In this document: piece by piece, positions 1-8,304 of the stretch
Numbering within the stretch: position 1 is the stretch's first letter
How the letters are laid out: each line of letters starts with the position of its first letter
From: an uncultured bacterium
GTDB taxonomy: Bacteria; CSSED10-310; CAZUFC01
NCBI GenBank assembly: GCA_964619725.1
Contig: CAZUFC010000127.1
Location: forward strand, 1 to 22,727
Length of the DNA stretch: 22,727 bases
Direction: 5' to 3'
Program-made: the position numbers and the translations under genes
The notes under the pieces: model-generated
What the model saw: the letters and a program-made list of their open reading frames with translations, nothing else
Told to the model about the DNA's origin: nothing
The model's database searches: none

Positions 1-9
1 AGTGTGTGC

Positions 10-38
10 TAGGATTAGCCATGAATGGAGAGGGGGAG
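10..38 (+). repeat. Right arm of a REP-like palindromic element (…TAGGATTAGCCATGAATGGAGAGGGGGAG)
   Basis: Bases 17-36 are the reverse complement (18/20) of 22646-22665. Bases 10-26 match 22673-22689 directly (15/17). Confidence 0.6.
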
Positions 39-155
39 TCAGATTGGGTTATTTTATGGCTGATTAGGGGATTTCGTTCTGTGGTTTTATGGCTGGTTTG
101 AGAAAAGTTGTATACCGCTCCTTCACATTTCCCTGCATTGACTGATAAAAATTTT

Positions 156-310
156 GGCGTTGATCAAATATGCGTCTTTTTATATTACAATTCGAAAGAA
201 TATCTCATCATTTTGTTTCGATTTCGATCCCGATTGCGATACCGAAGCCGATTACTGAAACAAACTGTCAAAATTCTTGAAAGAAGTGTAACCCCGGTCT
301 GATCAGTCCC
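156..310 (-). repeat. Dispersed intergenic repeat, copy A (~150 bp, GGGACTGATC family, with internal NTCGNN hexamer tract)
   Basis: The reverse complement of 248-309 matches 18803-18864 at 59/62. Similarity continues past a hexamer tract (217-252) to about position 156, corresponding to 18944. Confidence 0.9.
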
Positions 311-538
311 TAAATCCTCATTAACGTCAGAATTCATCTTTGAATTTCGATTAATCGACGATCTTTTAACGGATATAGGGGGGCTAAAAACTGCACAATT
401 TTCATAGTGGGTTGTAACGCAAAAAAATAAAATTAAATCAATAGGTTATGATGTCCTTGTCAGGAGTTCCGAAATTTAATCATCGCCGGTTTTTGTATGG
501 TCTCAACAGAAAGAACGGAGATATTAGTATCGCCATAT

Positions 539-838
539 TTATGTCGTAATTTCAATACGCAGTCGTTTCCCCAATGCTTGCGCTGCTCTCTCCATTGTCT
601 TCAAAGTAACGGATTCGTACTCGGGATCAAGCAATCTGTTCAAAGTGGAACGACTTGTTTTCATTCGCTTAGCCATCTCTGATTTACTGATGCCGTCTTT
701 CTTCATCAATTGTCTAATTTGATATGAAATAACGCGTTTAACAGCAACTGATTCAACTTCAGCGAGGATGCCTTCTTCCTCTAAAAAATCATCAAAGTTG
801 CTGCCCAAATGCTTATTGTTTTCTTCCTTCTCTTTCAA
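539..838 (-). CDS. XRE/HTH antitoxin (HigA-like)
   Basis: 99 aa with N-terminal 'HLGSNFDDFLEEEG' and an HTH 'ISKSEMAKRMKTSRSTLNRLLDP', typical of partners of RelE/Gp49-type toxins. The TTG start overlaps the toxin stop (TTGA) and has AAGGAG upstream. Confidence 0.88.
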   Translation of the reverse strand: MKEKEENNKHLGSNFDDFLEEEGILAEVESVAVKRVISYQIRQLMKKDGISKSEMAKRMKTSRSTLNRLLDPEYESVTLKTMERAAQALGKRLRIEITT

Positions 839-1188
839 TGTTCATACTCCTTCAGTTGAATCAACCGACTTTTAGTAGTTTTCAGGTCGGTAGTCGGCAT
901 TTTTTTCGACTTCTTGATGAAACCATGAAGCAAAATGATTTTATTTTTGAAAATCGTAAAAAGGACACGCGCTGTTCGATTTCCCAATTTGGATCGTACT
1001 TCCCATATGTCCTTATCAATTTTTCTCACCAGGGGCATTCCCATAGGCCAACTGAATTGAACAGTTTTTATATCTTCTCCGATGGCTTTTCGATCCTTTT
1101 TTCTAAGTGATTTCAACCATTCCCTGACCGGTTCATTTCCTCGTGATGTTTTAAAAAATACAACCTGAATCCGACCTGCATCATTCAT
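835..1188 (-). CDS. Type II toxin, RelE/ParE superfamily (HigB/Gp49-like, DUF891)
   Basis: 117 aa with 'GNEPVREWL', 'WPMGMPLVRKI..DIWEVRS', 'ARVLF' and 'ILLHGFIKKSKK', typical of the Gp49-like RelE family. It lies upstream of the HTH gene (reverse-order TA). Confidence 0.9.
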   Translation of the reverse strand: MNDAGRIQVVFFKTSRGNEPVREWLKSLRKKDRKAIGEDIKTVQFSWPMGMPLVRKIDKDIWEVRSKLGNRTARVLFTIFKNKIILLHGFIKKSKKMPTTDLKTTKSRLIQLKEYEH

Positions 1189-1194
1189 ATGTCG

Positions 1195-1222
1195 ATTGTA
1201 CTTATTTTGGTACAGTTGTCAA
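1195..1222 (-). promoter_or_regulatory. Sigma70-type promoter of the TA operon with overlapping palindromic operator
   Basis: On the minus strand: TTGACA (1222-1217), 16-nt spacer, TACAAT (1200-1195). An inverted repeat TGTAC-N8-GTACA at 1197-1214 overlaps the spacer and -10. Confidence 0.75.
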
Positions 1223-1255
1223 GCGCTGTGCGAATGCTTATATCCGGACACTTCC

Positions 1256-4200
1256 TTACAAATACCCCCGATATACCATGAAGGGATATTCGCTGTGGAA
1301 GCCTGCCTGCTTCAACAGCTCAACATATTCGGATTTAAGGACCGGAGTTTGATTAATTTCAGCAATCTCGATTTTATCGGTAATTCTGGAATGAACGGGT
1401 CTGTCGGCCAGCCTTTTCAAAATTTTAAAGACGCCGGTGATCTCGTTTCGACTGTATTTTTTACTCAGGTAAATTCTTTTTCCCTTGTTCTCAGCGTATG
1501 CAGCGGGATACCCGCGGTCCAGGATCACGTAATTGTGGGGCAGTCGGGTAAAATTCACCTTTTCAAATAATTCCTCAGCGAATGGGAATACTCTTCCCTG
1601 CAGAAGCGCCGGGTCCCAGGCATTAAGGATAAAGTAGGATTCTTGTACATTCCTCATATCCCGGAGTCGTCTCAGGTCTTCAGTCATCATGAACTGAATG
1701 CCCGGCATCCGATTGACGAAATAACCTCTTTCGATTTCGCCCACCAATTCCATCTGCGACAGAATATTGAATATTTTATCCCAGTAAGCGGCATAACCCA
1801 TTTTTTCAATGATATTTCTGGCAATTATACCGAAGTTGAGCAAAGCGATGCTGATGATGAATTTTTCATAATCATTTTTTCCCCTGACTTCGGGATATTG
1901 AGGAAGGGCCGACCAGCGACCGGGAGGCATGGCTGTTCTATGGTGCATTTTTTTCCGCAGCTTCCGTCTTATACTTGCACTTTTCTGCTGGAAAGCCGGA
2001 GAGGCGGCGCTGTTTATTTCGGCATTCCGGCTGCTCATCAGCACATTCAGGGAGGAGAACCGGTCATTGGTAATCCGGCTTTTGCTCAACAATCTTTTCA
2101 GCGCGTCCAGGAGAATATCGCCGTGTAATCCTGTTTCTTGAGTAATTTCCCTGTAAAAGGATGCGCCGCGCAATTCGAGGTAATCGTAAACTAATTGTTC
2201 ATGTTGAATTTCAGCATCTTTTTGCCGGGAATCTTCTGGTCTGGCCGGCGTTTCTTCTGAAGATACTGATACCTTTTCATCGGATTGAATTGGTTCCCAG
2301 CCTGGAAATAATTCTATGGGATAAAAAAGTATCCGGAGAGGTTCGGCATTTGTCATACCGGTCCATACGAATTCACCTTCTGACAGGACTGAATCGAGCA
2401 TCTCCCGGCGATATCCGGGAATTCTGGCGGGAAAAATTTCGTTCTGCCAAAGGAACCAGGGCAGGTGTAAGCCGGCGAGCTGATGGAGGGTTTCTTTGAG
2501 CTTCTGCTGATGTTGGACAGGCTTTTGTTCATCATGTTTTATTATCTGGTGTTTTTTCAGGAGGAAATTCTGGAGCCTGGCGGGATCGACGGGTTCCATT
2601 TCGGTTTTGAGTCGTTCCAGGGAGCGGCGATGGATGGTCTGCAGAATATCGTAGCGGCACCATTGAGTTTGATTGACGTCAGATTTGAATCTGCCTTCTA
2701 TGAGGAGTCCGGCGTTTACCTGGTCTTTAATTATTTCCCGGATTTCGTTTTTTTCAAATCCGTATCTTTGAATGACGTCATGGACGGTAAAGGGTCCATG
2801 CGTGGCGGTGTATATATCGAAAATCAGTTTCAGCGATTCGCGTTGTTCCATTTTCAGGGCGTCTGAAGGCTCATAACCGAAAGCTTTACGATACAGGGGC
2901 AGTCTTTCCGCGGAAATCCAGCGATAAGGTTTATCATTGCCGCTAATATCGAACCTTGTTATACGATCCTGTTTCACGAGTTTTTTCAACCAGGTTTCGG
3001 GCGGCTCTGTGCACATTTTTCTTACAGCGCTTTCCTCTTCATCGGAAATAACGTCACCGAGCCTGTAAATCAGGTCGGACAGTTCGTCAGCGTCCCGCGC
3101 TTTCGTTTGAGCAGTCAATCCCTGCAGTTCATCTTCGACTGACTGTATGATTGAGGGATCGAGCAACCGGGCTGTTTTTTCCGAACCCAATATTTCCCGC
3201 AGGGTATTCCAGTCCAGGCTGAGCAATCCCGCTTTTTTTTCCGCCTGGAGAGAGTCGTCATCGTAGAAGTATTGAGCGGTAAAGTTAAACTGGAGCGAAG
3301 CGGCAAGAGCGGAGGGTCTGCGATTACAGACAATATGAATTTTGATTTCATTGTTGCGGATTTTATCAGCGATCCTTTTCAGGTTCGGCAGATCAAAATA
3401 ATCCTCCAGGCATTCCCTGTAAGTTTCCAGAACGACCGGGAAATCAGGCGTACTTTGCAACGCGGCCAGGAAATCTTTGGACTGCATCCGTTGCAGCCAG
3501 AGGGGCCGGCGTTTTTTAAATGACCGGCGGGGCATCAGCAGGGCTCGCTGGGCTGCAGCGCGAAACAGGGAACCGAACAGGGCGGAATGTTTCAATTGAG
3601 CGGCAGTTTTTTCATCGATAGAATCCGGTTCCAGGTCTGACAATATATCCATCAAGTCATCTTCGTATCCCTGTTCCGGAATTCGAAATATCAGTCCGTC
3701 ATTGCCGTAGCTGCCGGTGACTGTCTGACCGGCGCGGGACTGAAGCAGGGAAAGCAGAACAAAGAAAAACGGAGCGTGAATGCGGTTCCCGAAGGGCGCA
3801 TGGAGGACCAGGCGATGGTCGCCGAGGGCATCCTGAAAGCTTTCGATCACCAGGTTTTCATGGTCCGGAATGATACGGAGGTCGTGCTTTATTTCCCGTA
3901 TGTTTTTCTCCAGGGCTGTCGCTGCATTTTTTTCCATTTTGTACCGTGATTGGAGCCATTCGACGACAGGTTCGTTTTCGCTGATCTTTCGTTCAATTTT
4001 TTGCCGAAGTTCTCCGATCCTGCATCCCAGGTCAAAAGAACGGGAAAAGAAACCTCCCTTCCAGAAGGGCATCTGGGCTTCGGCAGCGGCATCTTTTTCA
4101 ACGACGACCCGTTCGGCATCGATCCGTTTTATTTTCCACAGAGAGGCTCCCAATTGAAACACTTCACCGACTCGCCGCTCATAGACGAATTCTTCCTCCA

Positions 4201-5773
4201 GTTCTCCGACTTTCACTTTCAAGTCGGAGAGATAAACCGGGTAATATCCTTTATCAGGAATAGAGCCGGGATTCATAACGGCAATCATTCTGCAGCCTCG
4301 CCTGGCCCTCAGCACGTCGGAGCGTTTATCCCAGTTTATAAGCGGTTTGGCGTCCCTGATATGAGAAGGCAGCATACGACCGGTCAGCATATTCAATACG
4401 GCGTTAAAGCTTTTTTCGGACAATTCCCTGAAGGGATAAGCTCTTTTCGTCATACGGAATAGATCGGAACGGGATCGGTCTTCGACCGAAACAGATGCTG
4501 CGATCTGCTGCGCCAGCACATCCAGGCAGTTGCGCGGAATGTGAGTAAATTCGACATTTCCCTGTTCCATTTCATCAAGCAATGCCGTTTGTTCCATAAG
4601 GTCTTCCCGGTAAAGAGCGATCAGGCGTCCCTTGCCTTTGGCCTGAAAAGCATGACCGGCGCGGCCTATGCGCTGGAGTCCTACCGATACCGATCCCGGC
4701 GACTGTACCTGGCATACCAGGTCTATGGAGCCGATATCGATGCCCAGTTCCAGGCTGCCTGTAGCGACGACTGCCGGCAGCTCTCCCGACTTCAGACGCC
4801 GCTCGACGTTAAGCCGTTTTTCTTTCGATACGCTTCCGTGATGCACCAGAGCGACTGTTTCGCCTGCAGATTCATTCAATGCAGCGGCCAGCCTTTCCGT
4901 CAATCGCCTGTTATTGGCGAAAATCAGCGTCGATCCGTGAGTCCGTATTAAATTCAATAATACATCATGCACTGCGGGCCAGACTGTGCCGCCTTCGACT
5001 GCAGAAAAATCGGAAACGGGTGAAATGATGCCCAGATCGGTTTCACGGCGTATTCCCGCATCGATTATATTCACCGGACGCAAAGAATAACCGTCCCGCT
5101 TTTCGTCATAGCTCAATCCCCCCAGAAACGCTGCCGTTTCCGTTAACGGACGTTGTGTGGCGGATAATCCTATCCGAACCGGAGGCGTTTCCGTCAATTC
5201 CTCCAGACGCTCCAACGACAAAGACAAATGAGTCCCCCGTTTATTCCCCGCTGCAGCGTGTATCTCATCCACTATGACATATCGCACTTTCCGCAATATT
5301 TCCCTGGCCCTGGCAGACGTCAATATAAGATAAAGCGATTCCGGGGTCGTTAACAGAATGTCCGGAGGCTGCCGTACCATACGGGACCGCAAAGATTGCG
5401 GCGTATCTCCCGTGCGCACAGCAGCCCTGATCTCTGGCAGATCATAATTCAAACGCGTAGCCGCTGTCCTCACCCCGCTTAAAGGAGCGCGCAGATTCTT
5501 CCAGATATCATTGTTCAATGCCTTTAACGGCGATATATACAATACTTCCGTCGATACAGGCTCATTGGGAAACCCAAGCCGGCGTTCCACCAGGTGATTA
5601 ATGCACCATAAAAAAGCTGCCAGCGTCTTCCCGGAACCCGTCGGCGCAAGAATAAGAGTGTTCTGATCAGCAGCGATGGACGGCCAGCCTGCCTTCTGAG
5701 GCGGAGTAGCCGCCGAAAAGGTTTCGGAAAACCACTGCTCCACCGCAGGATGAAAATTTGATAATGACTCCAT
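1256..5773 (-). CDS. lhr: Long Lhr-family ATP-dependent SF2 helicase (Lhr core plus C-terminal winged-helix/glycosylase-like region)
   Basis: Motifs 'FHPAVEQWF', Walker A 'APTGSGKT', 'YISPLKALNNDI', 'DEIH', 'GLSAT', 'SLELGIDIG', 'QRIGRAGH', 'LDVLAQQI' and C-terminal 'IERGYFVNRMPGIQF'. Start placed at ATG 5773 (GAGAGG upstream); the ORF track begins at GTG 5794. Confidence 0.92.
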   Translation of the reverse strand: MESLSNFHPAVEQWFSETFSAATPPQKAGWPSIAADQNTLILAPTGSGKTLAAFLWCINHLVERRLGFPNEPVSTEVLYISPLKALNNDIWKNLRAPLSGVRTAATRLNYDLPEIRAAVRTGDTPQSLRSRMVRQPPDILLTTPESLYLILTSARAREILRKVRYVIVDEIHAAAGNKRGTHLSLSLERLEELTETPPVRIGLSATQRPLTETAAFLGGLSYDEKRDGYSLRPVNIIDAGIRRETDLGIISPVSDFSAVEGGTVWPAVHDVLLNLIRTHGSTLIFANNRRLTERLAAALNESAGETVALVHHGSVSKEKRLNVERRLKSGELPAVVATGSLELGIDIGSIDLVCQVQSPGSVSVGLQRIGRAGHAFQAKGKGRLIALYREDLMEQTALLDEMEQGNVEFTHIPRNCLDVLAQQIAASVSVEDRSRSDLFRMTKRAYPFRELSEKSFNAVLNMLTGRMLPSHIRDAKPLINWDKRSDVLRARRGCRMIAVMNPGSIPDKGYYPVYLSDLKVKVGELEEEFVYERRVGEVFQLGASLWKIKRIDAERVVVEKDAAAEAQMPFWKGGFFSRSFDLGCRIGELRQKIERKISENEPVVEWLQSRYKMEKNAATALEKNIREIKHDLRIIPDHENLVIESFQDALGDHRLVLHAPFGNRIHAPFFFVLLSLLQSRAGQTVTGSYGNDGLIFRIPEQGYEDDLMDILSDLEPDSIDEKTAAQLKHSALFGSLFRAAAQRALLMPRRSFKKRRPLWLQRMQSKDFLAALQSTPDFPVVLETYRECLEDYFDLPNLKRIADKIRNNEIKIHIVCNRRPSALAASLQFNFTAQYFYDDDSLQAEKKAGLLSLDWNTLREILGSEKTARLLDPSIIQSVEDELQGLTAQTKARDADELSDLIYRLGDVISDEEESAVRKMCTEPPETWLKKLVKQDRITRFDISGNDKPYRWISAERLPLYRKAFGYEPSDALKMEQRESLKLIFDIYTATHGPFTVHDVIQRYGFEKNEIREIIKDQVNAGLLIEGRFKSDVNQTQWCRYDILQTIHRRSLERLKTEMEPVDPARLQNFLLKKHQIIKHDEQKPVQHQQKLKETLHQLAGLHLPWFLWQNEIFPARIPGYRREMLDSVLSEGEFVWTGMTNAEPLRILFYPIELFPGWEPIQSDEKVSVSSEETPARPEDSRQKDAEIQHEQLVYDYLELRGASFYREITQETGLHGDILLDALKRLLSKSRITNDRFSSLNVLMSSRNAEINSAASPAFQQKSASIRRKLRKKMHHRTAMPPGRWSALPQYPEVRGKNDYEKFIISIALLNFGIIARNIIEKMGYAAYWDKIFNILSQMELVGEIERGYFVNRMPGIQFMMTEDLRRLRDMRNVQESYFILNAWDPALLQGRVFPFAEELFEKVNFTRLPHNYVILDRGYPAAYAENKGKRIYLSKKYSRNEITGVFKILKRLADRPVHSRITDKIEIAEINQTPVLKSEYVELLKQAGFHSEYPFMVYRGYL

Positions 5774-5814
5774 GATTATCCTCTCGTCGAACACGTTCGG
5801 CGTTTCAATTTTTT

Positions 5815-5990
5815 AATTGTCAATGGTGAATTATTAATTGTCAACGATTCAACCACGAATCTAATCGGCTATTGACCATTGGCCATTATACGCGGTTTGT
5901 CTTGTCGGAAGGGTCTGGGTGTTCAGAATTGTCAATGGCCGACGTCCAATCGTCAATGGACAATGATTCAACGACGAAATTCATTAACCG
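5815..5990. repeat. Two degenerate heptamer-periodic (AATTGTC-like) units with inverted arms
   Basis: 5815-5849 reads AATTGTC AATGGTG AATTATT AATTGTC AACGATT. 5927-5968 reads AATTGTC AATGGCC GACGTCC AATCGTC AATGGAC AATGATT. Both are followed by CAAC(C/G)ACGAA and then complementary-sense heptamers (ATTGACC ATTGGCC at 5871-5884). Confidence 0.7.
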
Positions 5991-6127
5991 TTCGGTATCT
6001 ATCATCGCTCTGCTCCATTGCTCTCCTGTGACGTTTTTTTTCACAGAGGCTTGAAAATTTTTTCAATATGACCGACAATTCCAGCGGCATTTTCGGTCGA
6101 TAGACCGGACTGGAAAAAGGATAACTG

Positions 6128-6652
6128 ATGAAAACTAATAATTCTTTGAAAAACGACAAAAAAACTGAAAACGATAATGGAAACTGTTCCGTGGAAATAC
6201 GTGAGATGACGATTGATGATCTGGCGGAGGTATTCCACTTGGGTGAAAGATTATTTACGGCCCGTAGTTTTCCTAATCTTTACCGGACGTGGGATGAGTC
6301 TGAAGTGATAGGCATATATCAGACAGCGCCTGAGTTTTGCCTGGTGGCTTGCATAGACGGCAAGCCGGCGGGATTTACCATGGGGCATATCGTGGTAAAA
6401 GCCCGAAAAGCCTGGGATTACGGACACCTGGTCTGGCTGGGCGTTGCTGAGGAATATCAAAGGCTGGGAATAGCCCATAAATTGTTTCAGGAATTTAAAA
6501 AACGCATGGAAGAAGAAGGCGTCAGAATTCTGATCGTAGATACTGAGTCCGACAATGAAAAAGCCCTGAATTTCTTTAAAAATCAGGGATTTTCTCAACC
6601 TTCGGACCACGTGTATCTCATGCTCAATTTATCCGTTCAGAATTCATCGTAA
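6128..6652 (+). CDS. GNAT family N-acetyltransferase
   Basis: 'IREMTIDDL', acetyl-CoA motif A 'LGVAEEYQRLGIA' and motif B 'DNEKALNFFKNQGF'. Confidence 0.9.
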   Translation: MKTNNSLKNDKKTENDNGNCSVEIREMTIDDLAEVFHLGERLFTARSFPNLYRTWDESEVIGIYQTAPEFCLVACIDGKPAGFTMGHIVVKARKAWDYGHLVWLGVAEEYQRLGIAHKLFQEFKKRMEEEGVRILIVDTESDNEKALNFFKNQGFSQPSDHVYLMLNLSVQNSS

Positions 6653-6739
6653 GCAGCCCTGTGCGTCGCAACGATAAAAAGGCGGAAAATCATCAGCAGC
6701 AATAAAACGACAATCGATAAGACAAGACTGAAAAAACTG

Positions 6740-7822
6740 TTGTGCGACCTGATCGATATATACAGTCCTTCCGGCAAGGAACAGGAAATACTGGAATATC
6801 TTCTGGATTACGGGCAAAAAAACGGCATCCGTTTTCACCGGCAGGAGGTGGATGAAGATCGGTATAATCTGATTTATCTGCCTGAGAGTAATGATTTCAA
6901 GGACGAACCGGCCTTTTTTTTCATAGGTCATGTCGATACCGTTCCGGCCTATGATTTTGCTTCCTATGATACGGAAAGGATGGGCGACCGTATCCAGGGA
7001 CTGGGCGCGTCCGATATGAAAGGCGGATGCGCAGCCATACTTGAAGCTTTTACCCGGCATCTTCAACATCACGGGAGAATGCCTCCGGCAGGCATTTGCC
7101 TGGCGGTTGGAGAAGAAGAAAATAACGACGGCATCAAAGCGTTCACTGAAAAATACAGCGCCGGGTGGTCCATAGTAGCGGAACCCACTGAACTTATTCC
7201 TTGCTTCAGTCATTACGGCTATCTTGAACTCGAAATAGACATCAAAGGCAAAAGAAAACACGCCTCGCTCGTTCGCAGAGACTATAACGCGGTCTATAAT
7301 ATGCTGAAACTGCTGGCAGCGCTGACCAATCATCTCGACGTAAAAAGAAAAAACGTCATTTACAACATACGCTACCTGGAAAGCTCCAATACGGGTTTTT
7401 CAACGCCGGATCGCTGCACATCCATCCTGGATATTCATATTCCGCCTGAAACTTCATTGCCCGATTTCCAGCATGAACTGGAGCATATTATTGAAGCGAA
7501 TTTCGCGGTTATACCGGCTGCTGACAGGTCCTATGAATTTTCAACGCTGGATGAAGGCTACAGCCTGGAAACCAAAGGGCTTTTTCCCCAGGCATTGTCC
7601 CGTATCTATAACGAATTCCTGAACTTCTGGAAAATCGATTATTTCCGCAGCCATTCCGATGCATGCTACCTGTGGAAAGCCGGGGCAAAACCCGTCATGC
7701 TTGGTCCCGGCAGCCTGGCGGAAGCTCACAGTCCCGATGAATGGGTTTCTTTTCAACAGGTGGTTCAAGCTGCAGAAATATATTCAAAGGTGTTGGAAGC
7801 CCTTGCGGAAAAGATTGAGTGA
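6740..7822 (+). CDS. M20 family metallo-hydrolase (ArgE/DapE-like deacylase)
   Basis: 'SPSGKE', 'GHVDTV', 'GLGASDMKGG', 'VGEEE', 'VAEPT' and 'GPGSLAEAHSPDEWV' metal-binding motifs. The true start is probably further upstream (see finding on ATC 6692). Confidence 0.9.
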   Translation: MCDLIDIYSPSGKEQEILEYLLDYGQKNGIRFHRQEVDEDRYNLIYLPESNDFKDEPAFFFIGHVDTVPAYDFASYDTERMGDRIQGLGASDMKGGCAAILEAFTRHLQHHGRMPPAGICLAVGEEENNDGIKAFTEKYSAGWSIVAEPTELIPCFSHYGYLELEIDIKGKRKHASLVRRDYNAVYNMLKLLAALTNHLDVKRKNVIYNIRYLESSNTGFSTPDRCTSILDIHIPPETSLPDFQHELEHIIEANFAVIPAADRSYEFSTLDEGYSLETKGLFPQALSRIYNEFLNFWKIDYFRSHSDACYLWKAGAKPVMLGPGSLAEAHSPDEWVSFQQVVQAAEIYSKVLEALAEKIE

Positions 7823-8071
7823 ACTCCCCATCGGCAGCTTCGACAGGAGGATAACAGGAACAGATCATTCCACCCGTTATTCCGTCAACGGCAACTATTC
7901 ATAAGCTGACTGTGGAAGTAAAGCTTTTCCTTACACTTATTCCATTGACGAACAGGGGCTGCAGGTTGGGACGCTTTTGACGGGCATTCATCTGCACCGT
8001 TTTCCGTATTGAATGCGCGATACCGATCTCCTTTACCGAAAAATACCGGCAGACAAAAAATTCGACGAATT

Positions 8072-8101
8072 TTGACTTTCGGCGCTTTCGTACGTTAAAA
8101 T
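8072..8101 (+). promoter_or_regulatory. Candidate sigma70 promoter for the kinase/FGE gene
   Basis: TTGACT (8072-8077), 18-nt spacer, TAAAAT (8096-8101). Confidence 0.4.
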
Positions 8102-8304
8102 ATCTTTGTTATTGTGAATAAGGGGAATGCTTGCGTTTGGACTGCGCTTTTCGTTTCAATTGAACACGTCGGATGAGTCAGATGAAAACAGGAGAAAATC
8201 GAAAGAAGCAAAATTCAATTTAGTTTAAGCCTGAAAAATCATTTCTTTTTCCTTTGATCGGAGATTTTCAACGGCTCCGGCAGCCGCATTGAATTGATGA
8301 TATT

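Noticed and set aside
108..302. 64-aa ORF
   Set aside because: It overlaps repeat copy A; its 'FRFRSRLRYRSR' stretch is just the translated hexamer tract.
6027..6045. CRP/FNR-type site TGTGA…TCACA
   Set aside because: The half-site spacing is 9 nt rather than the required 6.
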